Position numbers and translations under genes: made by a program. DNA of 64,000 nucleotides, from NCBI GenBank assembly GCA_000934665.2, contig JYFJ02001142.1:62001-126000 (forward strand), written 5' to 3'. Within the stretch, counting starts at the first letter, position 1, and the number at the start of each line of letters is the position of its first letter. Below, in pieces: positions 26,801 through 38,881 of this stretch. The stretch is from Catajapyx aquilonaris. Taxonomy: Eukaryota. The notes below the pieces were generated by a model. That model was not told the origin of the DNA and made no database searches. It saw only the letters and a program-made list of their open reading frames with translations.

Positions 26801-29315
26801 TTCCCAAAGTAAGCGACATTGGAAACGGCTATCCGGGAATTGATATGGTTGGGGAGAGAATGAGCGGTATAGTCATTAAAATACGCACAGCAGCAGAATG
26901 TCAATAATTGCTCATGCCTGCCATTCACCTCTCCTGCACCACAAGGGGGTCCAGCTAGCTAGAAGTAAACGAGGTGCACGGGTTTGCAAAAACGAAGCTA
27001 TTTAACTGAATTACGATGGGAATGAATTTCGACTGCAAACTGCATATCTTGTGCAGTCATTGTAATTTGCCATTTTGATTTCACTGATGGAAGACATTGC
27101 CTTCCACCACCGTCCTGCTTTCATGGTTTGAAAAATATTTTGAACTATTTTTGCTGCTCATTTGTAGCCCATAGCTATCGCTATATCACCGTGGATTTGG
27201 CTATACAACAGAAGGCGCAATGGTTACTCGTCAATAATATTGTTTGCGTTATATTTTCATGAATTTTCCATCGTGTACTATATTCATACACTGTCTTCTT
27301 TTCTCCATGGGAAAGCACAGGTAGGCTACGACAAAAATATGATACGTAAATTCCCACAACTGACTTCATTTAAGCAATCAATTACTGCAAGCTGCGAGTC
27401 ACTATAGTACAGTAGGCCTGTAGGGTACTTCCTTCATAATTGAACGGTTCAGAAAAAGTGTCAAGCCTAAAATACTGTACAGTAATAAGCAAACAAAATA
27501 CCAACTTGGAGACCGGGTTTCGGGGTCAACCGTTATCGCACAGCTTCAAATGAACTTTTCCATATTTTGGCTGGAGGGTGTTCCACGGCATCATCGCATT
27601 AATTAAGTCATTATCCACTTTTCAAACTATATCCTTCCCCTCTTTCCGGGCAACTCGGGTTCAACTAAATTGAGCAGTTTTGTCAAGCGAAAATTGCCAG
27701 ACTGAAACAGCTGGTTAATGACACCATTTAATTCGGACGTAATTAGGCGCTGTTCACATAGGTACGGTCACCGAACTTTACTCCCAGACGGTCACACCAT
27801 ATTCCACAGATCAGCGAGAGAGCGGCCTGATGCCTTGGGAACATGGCATTGTGGAAATATTGGGCGGCAGGACCTACTCTCCCGTTCGTTGGTGTGGTGG
27901 ACAAAGAACGTCTCTATTAGGTGTTTGTTTGCTTGGATGGAACTCGAGGGAATAAGAAAGACATAGATGCGGTAGGGTACGGATCGTATGGGGCAAGGGA
28001 GTGGAGCCAAGAGCGTTCAACCCGGATGGCGCCCCCAGGCCGAGCTCCGTTGCCTTGGTGACCATACACACACACACACACATCTAGGCAAGGCAGGGAG
28101 GCAGACAGACCGCGCCATTCCAGCATCTCACACACACACACAGGGGAACCAGCAGCGTGGGAGGAGCCATCGAGGCCCCTCTCACACCTACACCCTCTCT
28201 TTGTGTTCACCTTTGTGCGCCCATCACACGCGTCTTCCCAACTGGAAGCCACCACCAAAGGGTCACTCCTTTTTGTTGTTGTTGTCGAGCCAGTTGTATA
28301 CTCCCCCACGAGAGTGGCCCGCCGTGTATCTCCCCTGCTGATGATGACTGCTCACAATGGAGGATTTAACCTGCCCTCTCTGCCCATTTCTATGACCCTT
28401 GAGGTTTCCCCAGCCACTCAATCCCTCCCATTCCCCCCTTTGACGCCTTTCATTCTTGTCATGGTGCTGTACTACCGCTCTTTGACTAAGCACTTCTTCA
28501 GATGCTTGAGGCAATGCAAAGTGCTTCCTGCCTGCCATGTAACATATCAGACTCACAAATTCAAACAGCTTGCGTATGGTACGCTGGAGGAAGTTGCAAG
28601 TCAGGGAGTGAGGAGAGGATGACCACCAGTGGAAGCGAGACTATTGATAGATTTCATTACAGTGGTTCCAGAGGACCACTGCCATGCTCTCATTGCATAT
28701 ATACATAACCATCATGACATATCCGTATTACAGTGATGAAACACCAGGAGCGCCTACTAATTAGCAGAGAAACAATTCTCGGACCATGTATTCACACCCT
28801 GTTGTTGGCCGCAGAATTGTTCATGCTTATTTAGTAAGGGATGTTTGTTCAAGGTTATCACACTCAATCACCACAGAGCCAATAATTTTTTTATTCAATT
28901 AACATGGGCTGCAGAAAGCCTTACAGTGAAAAAATAACACCTCTTGTTATAATGCAACTGAAGCACATAAATCTGCGTATAGACCCAGTGGCAAGACGTG
29001 CAATGGGAAAAATAAAACACATGATAATAATGGCACTCCTTTATGGGACACCTAATGACCCTCATAAAATGATAACTTGTGACCTAATGTGGGGAGTGCC
29101 TCGAATAACAATTAGCAATTATTTTCACGTCCTGTACATCTTATTGAATATTCACAGTTGCATCTCTTATAAATCTGCAAACCTTCTGTGAGGGTGCAGG
29201 TGCCTCCCAGGCTGTATGGCACTGGTTCCAGTAAGTCTCATAATATCGACAAAAATTACTACATTGCTGCTTCTCTTGCTGCCTTTTACCTTTGCCCTTT
29301 GTTCCAAGGAGGTTC

Positions 29316-30685
29316 TTATTCATTCTCTTGGGATTTAAGGAACTTTTCATATGAACTCTCATCCATGAGGTCATTGAGCTCCTCAGGTTTGGTAAACTCC
29401 AACTTGAAGAGCCAGCCTAGAAGGATATGTGGATGAGAAGTTGGTACAGCAGTACAACCACTTTTTGGTATCAAGGCAAGATATAGTCAACTTGGCCGAC
29501 AGCCAATGAATCTTGAGTCTTACGAGTTTATCATTATGGAGGTGCAGAGGTCAACTCTCCCCTTCAGAAGCAACCCTTCAAAGGCATAACTTTGCTCTTT
29601 TTTCAAGCTGTGTAAATGTGGCATACCCACCCTTATCGTAACATGATTGATTAATCAGAGCAGGTGTGTCCTCGACATTGGTGTTCTTTTCCACAACCTT
29701 CCCAGAAACTGGGCAGTATAATTCACTGGCTGCTTTAACGCTCTCCAACGCCCCGCATTCATCTGAAATGAGATTAATTAGAGGGGTTCAAGGCCACATC
29801 CCAATATGTCCCATAATCAGTGGAATAATCTTCCATATTTACCCATTAGGCTAAATTCACTTCCAACGTCAGGCAGCTGAGCGTACACAACATCACCCAG
29901 GGCATCCTGTATGGCAAACCTGTGCTGTTAAAACTGCACATCATCGTGTGATTTAAAGTTTGTTAAACATACCTGTGCATAGCGAGATATGCCGACAGTC
30001 CCAGTCTTGCCATCAATCAGCACCCATTCGTGCTTTTCTGTGAACTTCTTGACTGCAATTGGGCAAAGAAAAATTGGCAATTTCACAATGCAATAATGCG
30101 ACAAAGACAGCAGGCCATGAATTCTGGAAAACTTTTACATGTCATCGTTGCACTTTTGCTCGACTGATTACATTGAATTTTAATACCAAAAAATAATATT
30201 CCCTCTTTCTATCGTGCTCATTTGACACAAATTCCAGACTTGAGATCATCCAGTCTTCAAGCACATTCAGGAACAACTGAAATGTTTAATGTGGCTCTTG
30301 CTACTAAGTTGAGGAACCACTTGTGATCCTCTTGAGGTGCACTTAACCCAAGTGGGAAAAAGGAAGCTCTGCCATTGAGTTTAGACCTTGGCTCCGCCAT
30401 GGCAGCAAGCGGTTAGGCACTAGCAGTGGAGTGTGCACTAGTGCAAGACCGATGCACTGCAGTGCCTCAGTGCCTAACCACCCGCACGCTCAAGAGGCAT
30501 TTCTTCTACTACGCTGCACTTGCAATACATGTGTAGATGCACCCTTTGGGCAGGAGGTGGTTGCAGTGTGACTTGCCTAGGTCCCTGAGGTGGTGTGTGG
30601 TTGAGATGAGCCTGGTGGTGGGTCGGGTCACAGCAGATGCAGGCCCCCTCAGCATCCCTCTAAGCACGAGCCTGGCACACGCCAT
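29316..30685 (-). CDS. GCSH: Glycine cleavage system H protein, mitochondrial (161 aa)
   Basis: Exons 30577-30685, 29973-30052, 29843-29906, 29631-29762, 29316-29416 (486 nt). Arg-rich transit peptide, [24 protein letters not shown], lipoyl-lysine motif [13 protein letters not shown]. Intron 1 has a GC donor. AATAAA on the minus strand at 28890-28895. Confidence 0.95.
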
Positions 30686-31495
30686 TGCTTCTTCGTCCCT
30701 TATTCCCTCTTCTTCTTCTTCTCTCAGCACCGGCTTCCGAGTCCTCCCCACGCTGTCCCCCGATTGAGAGAGAGAGAGAGAGACTCGTCGTCCGCGTGCG
30801 TGTGTCGCGCGGATCAGCTGCCTGCTCAGCGCCTCTCCGGAGAGAAGCCCTGTTTTCTGGTCGAGATGAGGCCACGTGAGGTGGTGTGGCAGGGCCACTG
30901 GGCAGGGTGGCTGCTACTGCACTCACCCCTCCCTCCCAGGCACCGACGACCCGCACTCTTTGCCCTATTTCAATTGCATCTGAACTGATTACACTTTAAT
31001 GAGCTACACCCGTGCACTTTGGACACCCTTTGATTTTCCGCCCATCTGGGTGTCCCCCGCAGCGGGGCGACACTGTGCAAGGCAGCGGCGTAAAAGTGGC
31101 AGTGCGTCCCCCCGTGTCGGTACCACCCCCAGCCGCTTCCCTCCCTCCCCCCCACCCCCTCTTCCTCCTTCTTCGAAGTGGTGTGGACGAGAGGAGGAGG
31201 AGGACGACAAGAAGACCGGTCGTTGGCGCTGCCTGGCCGCATGGCATGATGGACGCCTTTGTGCTCCTCCACCGACACCAGGCCTCCTCCTGCTGAACAC
31301 CGCCAACCCACCCTCACTTCCCTAGTTGCTCTTCGTCGTCTTCCCTGCAACCCAGCAGCAGCACCCGCTGTGACTAGTCCCTCCTCTTCCGCACTAGTAG
31401 TGCACCAGAAGCTGCACTGGTGAGTCAGGAATGGAAGTCTTCTTGACATTTTGTGTCTCTTAACGACAGTGATCCTTCACAGGTTAGGGCAAAGG
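30686..31495. promoter_or_regulatory. Shared bidirectional promoter/5'UTR region of GCSH and PRMT5
   Basis: Divergent start codons ~810 bp apart; GC/CpG-rich relative to both gene bodies; candidate PRMT5 5'UTR intron 31420-31482 (gtgagt...ccttcacag). Confidence 0.65.
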
Positions 31496-34205
31496 ATGGC
31501 GCAACCCAGACGTGCATCTTGTGGCCTCGACTTTTGCGCCGTGGCTGACTTGAGTGCTAGCTTGCAGGTGGCCAACAATGCCAGGTGAGGCCTCCTGAAC
31601 CCTTGGACAACAGCTTCATTGGAAAATCCAGGTTGACATACCAATTGCACGAAATCATAAAATTCTCCTTACAGCTATCACTTTGTGTGCCTGCCAATCA
31701 TCCACCCTCGGCTCAAGCGGGAGTTCCTACGTGAAAGACCCGACCGCCCTGGACCCCTCACTCGATCTGACCTGCTCCTGCAGAGCTCAGACTGGAACAA
31801 CCTGGTGGTGGGCAAGCTCTCTCCGTACATAGCCACAGATTCCCCATTGGAGAGTGTGCGCAAACAGTCCGAGCAAGCTCTGGTGCAGGAGCTGACCTAC
31901 GCTTCCCACCTGGGCCTCCCTGCAGTGACCTTCCCGCTAAGAGGTCCACAGAACACCAATTTGGCCAGGATAGTTCATGATAAGATATCTGCAGGGGCCA
32001 GCTACCAGGTTTGGGTGGAAGTGCCCATGGAGAGCAGAAGTACCACAGCTCTACATTTCAGATCTGACATCGATGAAGGGGCCAGTGGGGATGGGCCTGA
32101 CTCTGAGGATGAGACGTGGGAGTGGTTAGTCATTTTACCGTCATATACTCATATCTTGCCAATTACTAGTTCAACTCATACATACCCTGCTTATTTAGGT
32201 GGACCCAATTCCACTTGACGTGCAACAGTGAGCGGAAGTTGGGGCTCTGCCTGGAAGTCACTGCGGACATTCCTTCTGATAATGTGGTTGAGCGGTGGCT
32301 TGGTGAGCCAGTCAAGAGCCTGGTGCTGTCCACCTCCTTGTTCATGACCAACAAACGGGGCTTCCCAGTGATGAGTCGTCCTCACCAGGTCCTAATGCGC
32401 AGGTTTGCAGCCATAAACGTCCAGGTGGTCCTGAGAGGGGCCAACAGACACTCCCACATTCGCTACTACCAGCAGTATTTGGATCACATCTGGCAAGGAG
32501 TGGACGCCGCCCAAGGAGGGGACACCACTCTTGGCAATTTTGCTCGGGGATACGAGGACTACCTGCAGTGTCCCCTGCAGCCCCTCATGGACAACCTGGA
32601 GTCACAGACTTATGAAGTGTTTGAAAAGGATCCAGTCAAGTATACAGAGTACCAGAGGGCCATCTACCATGTGCTCATCGACAAAGTGAATTCTCAGGAC
32701 AAGGCTAATGCAACACTGTACGTAATGGTCAGGGAGGGGCTCAGATAATGCATCAGTTACACTTCTCCATATTTGTTTCAATCGAACATTGAATTCTGTT
32801 TAAAGGCAGTTGTGATTCAAACTTGATATTGCAGTTCAGTAATTAAGAACCATGACTTTTGTTTTCCAGGGTTGTGATGGTGGTGGGTGCTGGAAGAGGT
32901 CCCCTGATAAAAGCTGCCTTCAATGCAGCAGCTCAAGCTGATCGTCGCATCAAGGTGTACGCAGTGGAGAAGAACCCCAGTGCTGTCATAACGTAAGTCC
33001 TTGCAATATTGTCAGTGAGTAATCAAGCCCACATGCAAATGTGTAACAATAACTTAACAAGTTGAGGGCAATACGCAAGGAACAGCGCCGTCTTAAGACA
33101 CCAACTAATAAATTTACATTTCCTTAGCCTGCAGGCGCTCCAGGCTGAGATGTGGCCAGGGCTGGTGACAGTAGTGTCGTGTGATATGCGGGACTTTAAT
33201 CCCCCAGAGAAGGCAGATGTGATAGTGTCAGAGCTCTTGGGCTCCTTTGGAGACAACGAGCTCTCTCCAGAGTGCCTGGATGGAGCGCAGAAGTTTCTCA
33301 AGGAGGATGGAGTGATGATTCCTCAAAGCTACACTTCCTACTTGGTCCCTATCCAGTCCTCCAAGCTGTACAACGAAGTCAGGGGATGTCAGGAGAGGAA
33401 CAAGCACCCACTGACGCACTTTGAGACAGCCTATGTTGTCCACCTCCAGAACAGGACGGAGCTGGATGAGCCACAAGCACTCTTCAAGTTTCATCATCCC
33501 AATCATGGTGAGTTTTAAAAAATATCATGGGACATACAGGCAATGAATATAAGCACTTACGGGTTTATATGGGAATTGGATTGTGGGCAAAATTTTAAGA
33601 CAGCCGTAGTTCAATGGGAAACAGCTGCAGCACTGCACTTTTTGTTTTCCAGATGCTGTGGTGGACAACACTCGATATGAGATCCGAACCTTCTCACCAA
33701 AGCAAAAGAGCATCCTGCATGGATTTGCGGGATACTTTGACACAATGCTGTACAAGGATGTGATGCTCAGCATTCTCCCTAAGACCCATTCCCCTGGGAT
33801 GTTCAGCTGGTTCCCTATCTTCTTCCCAATCAAGGCAAGTCTATTTCTACATGATGTTCACTATGAGACTTAAAATGATGGTAATTGGCCTATTGCCACA
33901 AGATCTATGCATGTCTTATTAACGACTGTATTTGGTATGGTTGGATGAGTATCTTAGAAATTGCGAGGAGTGGGGGAGTTATTCTTTACATAATATGCAG
34001 CAGTTTTAGACACGAGATCCTGTACTCATCTGCATGTGTTTCCTTCCTGCAGGATCCAGTGGTGGTGAATGAAGGGGACAAGATTGAAGTTCACTTTTGG
34101 CGCCTGTGCAACAAGAAGAATGTTTGGTATGAATGGTGTGTAACCAAGCCACAAGCAGGTGTGGTGCACAACCCAAATGGACGCTCCTACACTATAGGAC
34201 TGTGA
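31496..34205 (+). CDS. PRMT5: Protein arginine N-methyltransferase 5 (631 aa)
   Basis: Exons 31496-31584, 31675-32124, 32199-32717, 32870-32992, 33128-33507, 33653-33834, 34053-34205 (1896 nt). TIM-barrel [36 protein letters not shown] motif VVGAGRGPL, double-E loop [23 protein letters not shown]-terminal GRSYTIGL. The last intron has a GC donor. Confidence 0.97.
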
Positions 34206-34823
34206 CTTTTTTTTCCTACAGTACAATGTTTTATGTCTGCAGCTGCCATGCCTCTCATCGAACTTTTTTTGTTATGTCAATAAGTGTTTGTCTTTTTTAC
34301 ATTTGAGAACTAACGGTGGAACATCTCCAAAGGCGCTTTTAAAATAATTATTATTACCCTCACTTTGCAGAGCATGTTAGAACTTTGAAAAAGTTTAGTA
34401 GAATCCGTGACAATGGGCCCTTCAAGACCAAATGATTAATCTGTGGAGTGAACTTCAAAAATTGTTACAGGCATACGCTTCGGAGAGGGGAGCACATTAA
34501 AATGTTTCAATGTTCATGGACTCTGTTTCCCTACGTGAAAACGTGATATTTCATTCCAATAGGTTTAACTTGGAAACTACTAGCCTACTTTACCCATTAC
34601 ACACAGTATTGCTGGTAGGTACTTAACCATCGATTACCCCAGTGGTTTTCAAGCTGGGTTACGCGGAAACAATTTTGGGGGTATGCGAAAGATAATGCGT
34701 AATGGCGTCCAGTCGCTACATTTGTGGGAAGCATAATATTCTGATTCAACGAGAAGGAACCAACTTCTGAGAAAAACCAAAAAACAGTCCTACTTATTCC
34801 CATCTTTCTTTTTGCTATTATTA

Positions 34824-34924
34824 CAGTTGAATCCGGATATAACAGACTTCAAGGGACAGAGGAAATCAGTCTGTTATAACCGAAAGTCTGTTACAGCTGA
34901 AGCTGTTATATCCGGATTCAACTG
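34824..34924. mobile_element. 101-bp MITE, Tc1/mariner (pogo/Tigger-like)
   Basis: Perfect 22-bp TIRs CAGTTGAATCCGGATATAACAG / CTGTTATATCCGGATTCAACTG, flanked by TA on both sides. Confidence 0.85.
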
Positions 34925-36179
34925 TATTATTTTAGGGATGATTTATTATATGCAGAGGCATTTTCTTGCCATTTTCATTCAGCGCACACATTGAAATTAA
35001 AGAAGCAACATGGTAGTGTTAACTTGAAAATGCCAAAAAGTGGAATTATGTCCTTTCCCTAATATCTGGTTCAATTCCTCCACTGCGCTTTGCAACGTTC
35101 TGAAGGATTTGAAAATAAACTCTGGCTGCCCAGGCTGATCTACGTGGCCTTAAACATTTTGAGTCTCAACGAATGAAACAGAGGGCTTCAAGACATCACC
35201 GGGAATACAGCATTTCATGTGCAAAACACGGAATTATCAAAAATTCCAGTTTTGGGAATGTTGAGTAGGCTGCAAGGTAGCAAATTTTCTTGCTCTCCAA
35301 CACTCCAAGAATTTCAAAGCGGCAGTGGAGACCCCAGTTGAAGTCAGCTTTCAAGTCAACATATTGGATCAAAAGAATCAACTGGCGCAATAGTTTATAA
35401 ACATTAATTTTCAGAGATGGACATGCCTATAATTTGCATAATTATGGACTTTGTGATTTCTTTACCCTTCCCAACATGTCAGAGCAGAATCAGGAAAAGA
35501 TCAGCAAAATTTCTTGTGTTGACGTCCATGATAACAAAGTGCCTCCATAGACTCTATGTTGGCGCCATTTGTGAAAGAAAGAAAGCACACCCCATCGTGC
35601 ACTAACTGATAAGACAGCGCCCACAATTAGTACAATTTTCTGGTAGCCCAACAGGTTGGGGGGGGGGGGGGGGNNNGGGGGGTGTACGTGACAAAAAAGT
35701 TTGGGAACCACTGGATTACCCCAACCAGCTGGGATGACTTTCCGGCATTTGCCAATAGATACTTGTAATGGAGGCAGGATATGCTCTATTAAATGAGACA
35801 GGTTAAAAAATTCAATGCGAGTCTTTCCTAGAATGCCATCGTAATGATTGTTCTACACATTGTCTTCGAGGTGAAGATAAAAAATTACAGGTTTTGATCT
35901 TAGATGGCGTAATCATTTATTATCCGCCTACAACACACTTACAGTATAAAGAAAATCCCTACCCAGGGAACATTATTTTCGTTGCTGCAAAAAGTGAGCA
36001 GTTAAATTTGCAATAAACGTAACAACACATTAAGCCATAAAAGGATGCTGTATGAATGGCACTCATGACAATGAAGTAAGTAAACAAAATAAGCCATTAT
36101 TTACAGCCCAAAACCTGCCTCGTGCCACACTGACACATTTGTTAAAAATTTGTATTTATCTCTCTCTCTCTCTCTCTCT

Positions 36180-37500
36180 TGAAACAAAAATAATCTGGTA
36201 ACTCATTAAATTTTGTGTTGACTGCTTTGTACCTCAAAACGGACGGATTCCCATAACTTGGGATTTTTTTCCCCCTTTCTTTCAAACGTTTGAACTTTGA
36301 AGCGTACTTGATTCCAATCTCAACTACAACTTTGGGTGACTTTGAGCGATTATCAACGATTCACACACAATTTCCTAGGAACATGAGAAACTAAATTATT
36401 CGTCCAGTGTGTGGCAGCACTCTTAAGAGGAGAGTCAAAATAAATGAGTGACTTGAACATTCCTGCTAAGCGACATGTTCCTGGCTGCAGCCCTGTTATC
36501 TCAACACAAATTAAGAAATCATCTCAATATGCTTTAGGAATGTTACACATAAGATATCCCGTGTTAATTTGTGTCCAAACAACTGGGCTCATTTGTGTGG
36601 GTGTCCTGACACTTACGAATTCAAACTGTAGAAATATTAAGTCACTCTTGTTAACTCCACCCTGATAATCCCCAAGGAATCCATCACTTTTGCTAATAAA
36701 TTGAGGCTCATATAAAAATATATCTAGAGAGCTTACAATAAACCAAGATGCCCTTTGGCACATTATGCTTCTTACATGTCAGGCTTCAATATTCCGCCTT
36801 TGTCATAAAGCATGGCAACAATTAGAGAGTGCAATTTATTAGAGAACACAACTGTGCAAATAATTCTATGCCCACTTGATCATAAGGCATCGTGACTACA
36901 AGATATCGAGAAGACAATAAATCGATGTGTTCTACCCGTAAGATTTGTCACTAACCTTTGAGACTTCCTTTTTTTCTTCATTGGCTCCTAATGGCTTTGC
37001 AATCATGCTTATTACTTCTCCAAGACTTGGAAGTGGCAATGCTATTTCAATAATAATCTTTGCTTGCTAACCTTTTCCAAGTAATTCTCAAATTATAATT
37101 ATCACTAAGTTAGCAACATCACAGACATCTAGGGCTGAAATAGCTGTTATTCCAACTAGTCTTGTAAGAGTCAATTGCACTGCTTTGCACTCTGCCAATG
37201 CAATACCATGCTTCAATAACACTGCAGTACTTCCCTTATTACAGTTTGGAAAGTTGGGAGGATAAACAATTTGTTTCTGCAGAGTACATGCTTCTTTGGA
37301 TTGAGAGCTTATTATTAGCACCTATAATACTCTTTGACTGAAGTAGCTGAACCACAAACTACAATTATTATCAACTACTCTGGTGAAACGTCTTTGTCAA
37401 CCAGTTATCTTTTTCATATGCAGCTAATTTGAGACTTGTTAGATGACATTTGCAGAAGAATAAAAATTCCAACAAACAACTTCAAAGAGACATACATCTA
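36180..37500 (-). pseudogene. Decayed coding-like tract; candidate endogenous viral element with weak resemblance to orthomyxovirus PB2
   Basis: Four abutting or overlapping minus-strand frames with few stops in AT-rich DNA: 37321-36935 (2 internal stops), 36987-36775 (1), 36763-36356 (1), 36360-36181 (0). Short PB2-like blocks occur in order, but none is individually significant. Confidence 0.3.
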
Positions 37501-38881
37501 TTTAAAAATATGGCAACACACTGATAACTGACTGACAAATACCAACTTCATATTTCAAACTAAAATTAGTTCCTCTCCAACTATACAGGGATCACACTTC
37601 GTCGTAAATTCCTTAAATCTGGTTCCAACTATTTTAAAGATTACTAATTATTTTTGACTAATCCTGTACTTAAAAAGTGACTTCCAAATATTTTGGTATA
37701 CTACTGGAAAAATTAGCCTTGTACCCCCGCAAGCAGCATCAAGCGGCCAGGCAAAGCTATTTTTTTCCAGTAGTGTACCATTCTACTGCTACTAAACAAA
37801 AAATAAAATACTTCAGCCAATATTCAAAATGTGGTTTGTACGCATTGCAGTCATCGACTGGAGTCAATCCTTTCCTGACACTGCTTTACCCTAGTAAATG
37901 TAAAAAACAGCCATGTTTTGGACGAGAAGAATTGCACATGTAGATAAAAACTCCCCATAAGCAGACAACACAACAGGGCCATTCACACAGGGAAGAACTA
38001 TTCAGGTTGGGCTCAGGCTGACCAGTATAGTCTATGTAGCATTTGGAAGCATACAAATAGTGAATCCCAAGCACATTGAGGCTCTACCAGAAAACAAGCG
38101 AACAATGTCATTAATTTTTTGCCCACAAACAGGAACAAAATGACTTGTATTCTGGTCAGCCTCCCACATTCACGTGGGCAGTCATAAAGGAAGTTCCCTA
38201 TTTACAGGAAGTTAGACTGTTACTAAATAGGAAGCATGGTCAGATAGTAAAAATTAAATCAAAATGGCAGTGGGAAAAAAAAATCCGAAACATATGGGGC
38301 CAGCAGCCTTGGCACTAATAATTGTTCAGCACAGCCACTGGTCTTGCAGCGAATGCACACATTTCAATACCCACCCATGACATTTCTTTCCTGTGCGAAT
38401 GGCCTTCATAAATGCATCCTTGCTCATTTTCATGTTGCTGGTGTTTGTAACGGAAGAGGAGGAGACCACATACTGGTTGCAGTGGCATTATTGCATTGTT
38501 TAAAAGCCCACTACGAGTTGCACACATTTGGATCAAATACTACCCAGATGTTCAATTGCATGACTGGCACAAGTGAGAGCAAATGTGGGGATCAAATCCA
38601 TAGCCAAATGCAGAATAATTTTTTGTCAATACGCTCTCTTTACCCAACTGATCCCTCTCATCGTATCTCCTGTGTTAACTTTCGTTATTGAGAATCTCTT
38701 TCCTAAATTACATGGGATTACTTGTTCCCTTTATCATGCCTGAGGCATGATTTTGCACATGACAATGCTTTTCTTCCTCATTCTAAAAGAATAATTTGAG
38801 CATTTAATATTGCTTCCACTACCCCTCCTTGCCCCTACAAACACACACCAACTCTCAAACGCAACCACGGAACAGCCCTGC

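Noticed and set aside
27900..28350. GC-rich, CA-repeat region as a further upstream RhoGEF exon or separate gene
   Set aside because: No convincing donor in a compatible frame and no recognisable protein; a promoter here cannot be supported from sequence alone.
34203..34225. PRMT5 TGA-C stop context (readthrough) and an acceptor-like tttcctacag just after it
   Set aside because: The extension is U-rich UTR-like sequence, and the protein already ends at the conserved YTIGL terminus.
37500..38124. N-terminal PB2-like blocks (QKINDIVRLFS, YTGQPEPN, AVEWY, PKYLEVTF)
   Set aside because: Spacings disagree with PB2 by 14-20 residues and the intervening translation is Cys-rich and random-looking. 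Not counted as support, only as a possible extension to test.
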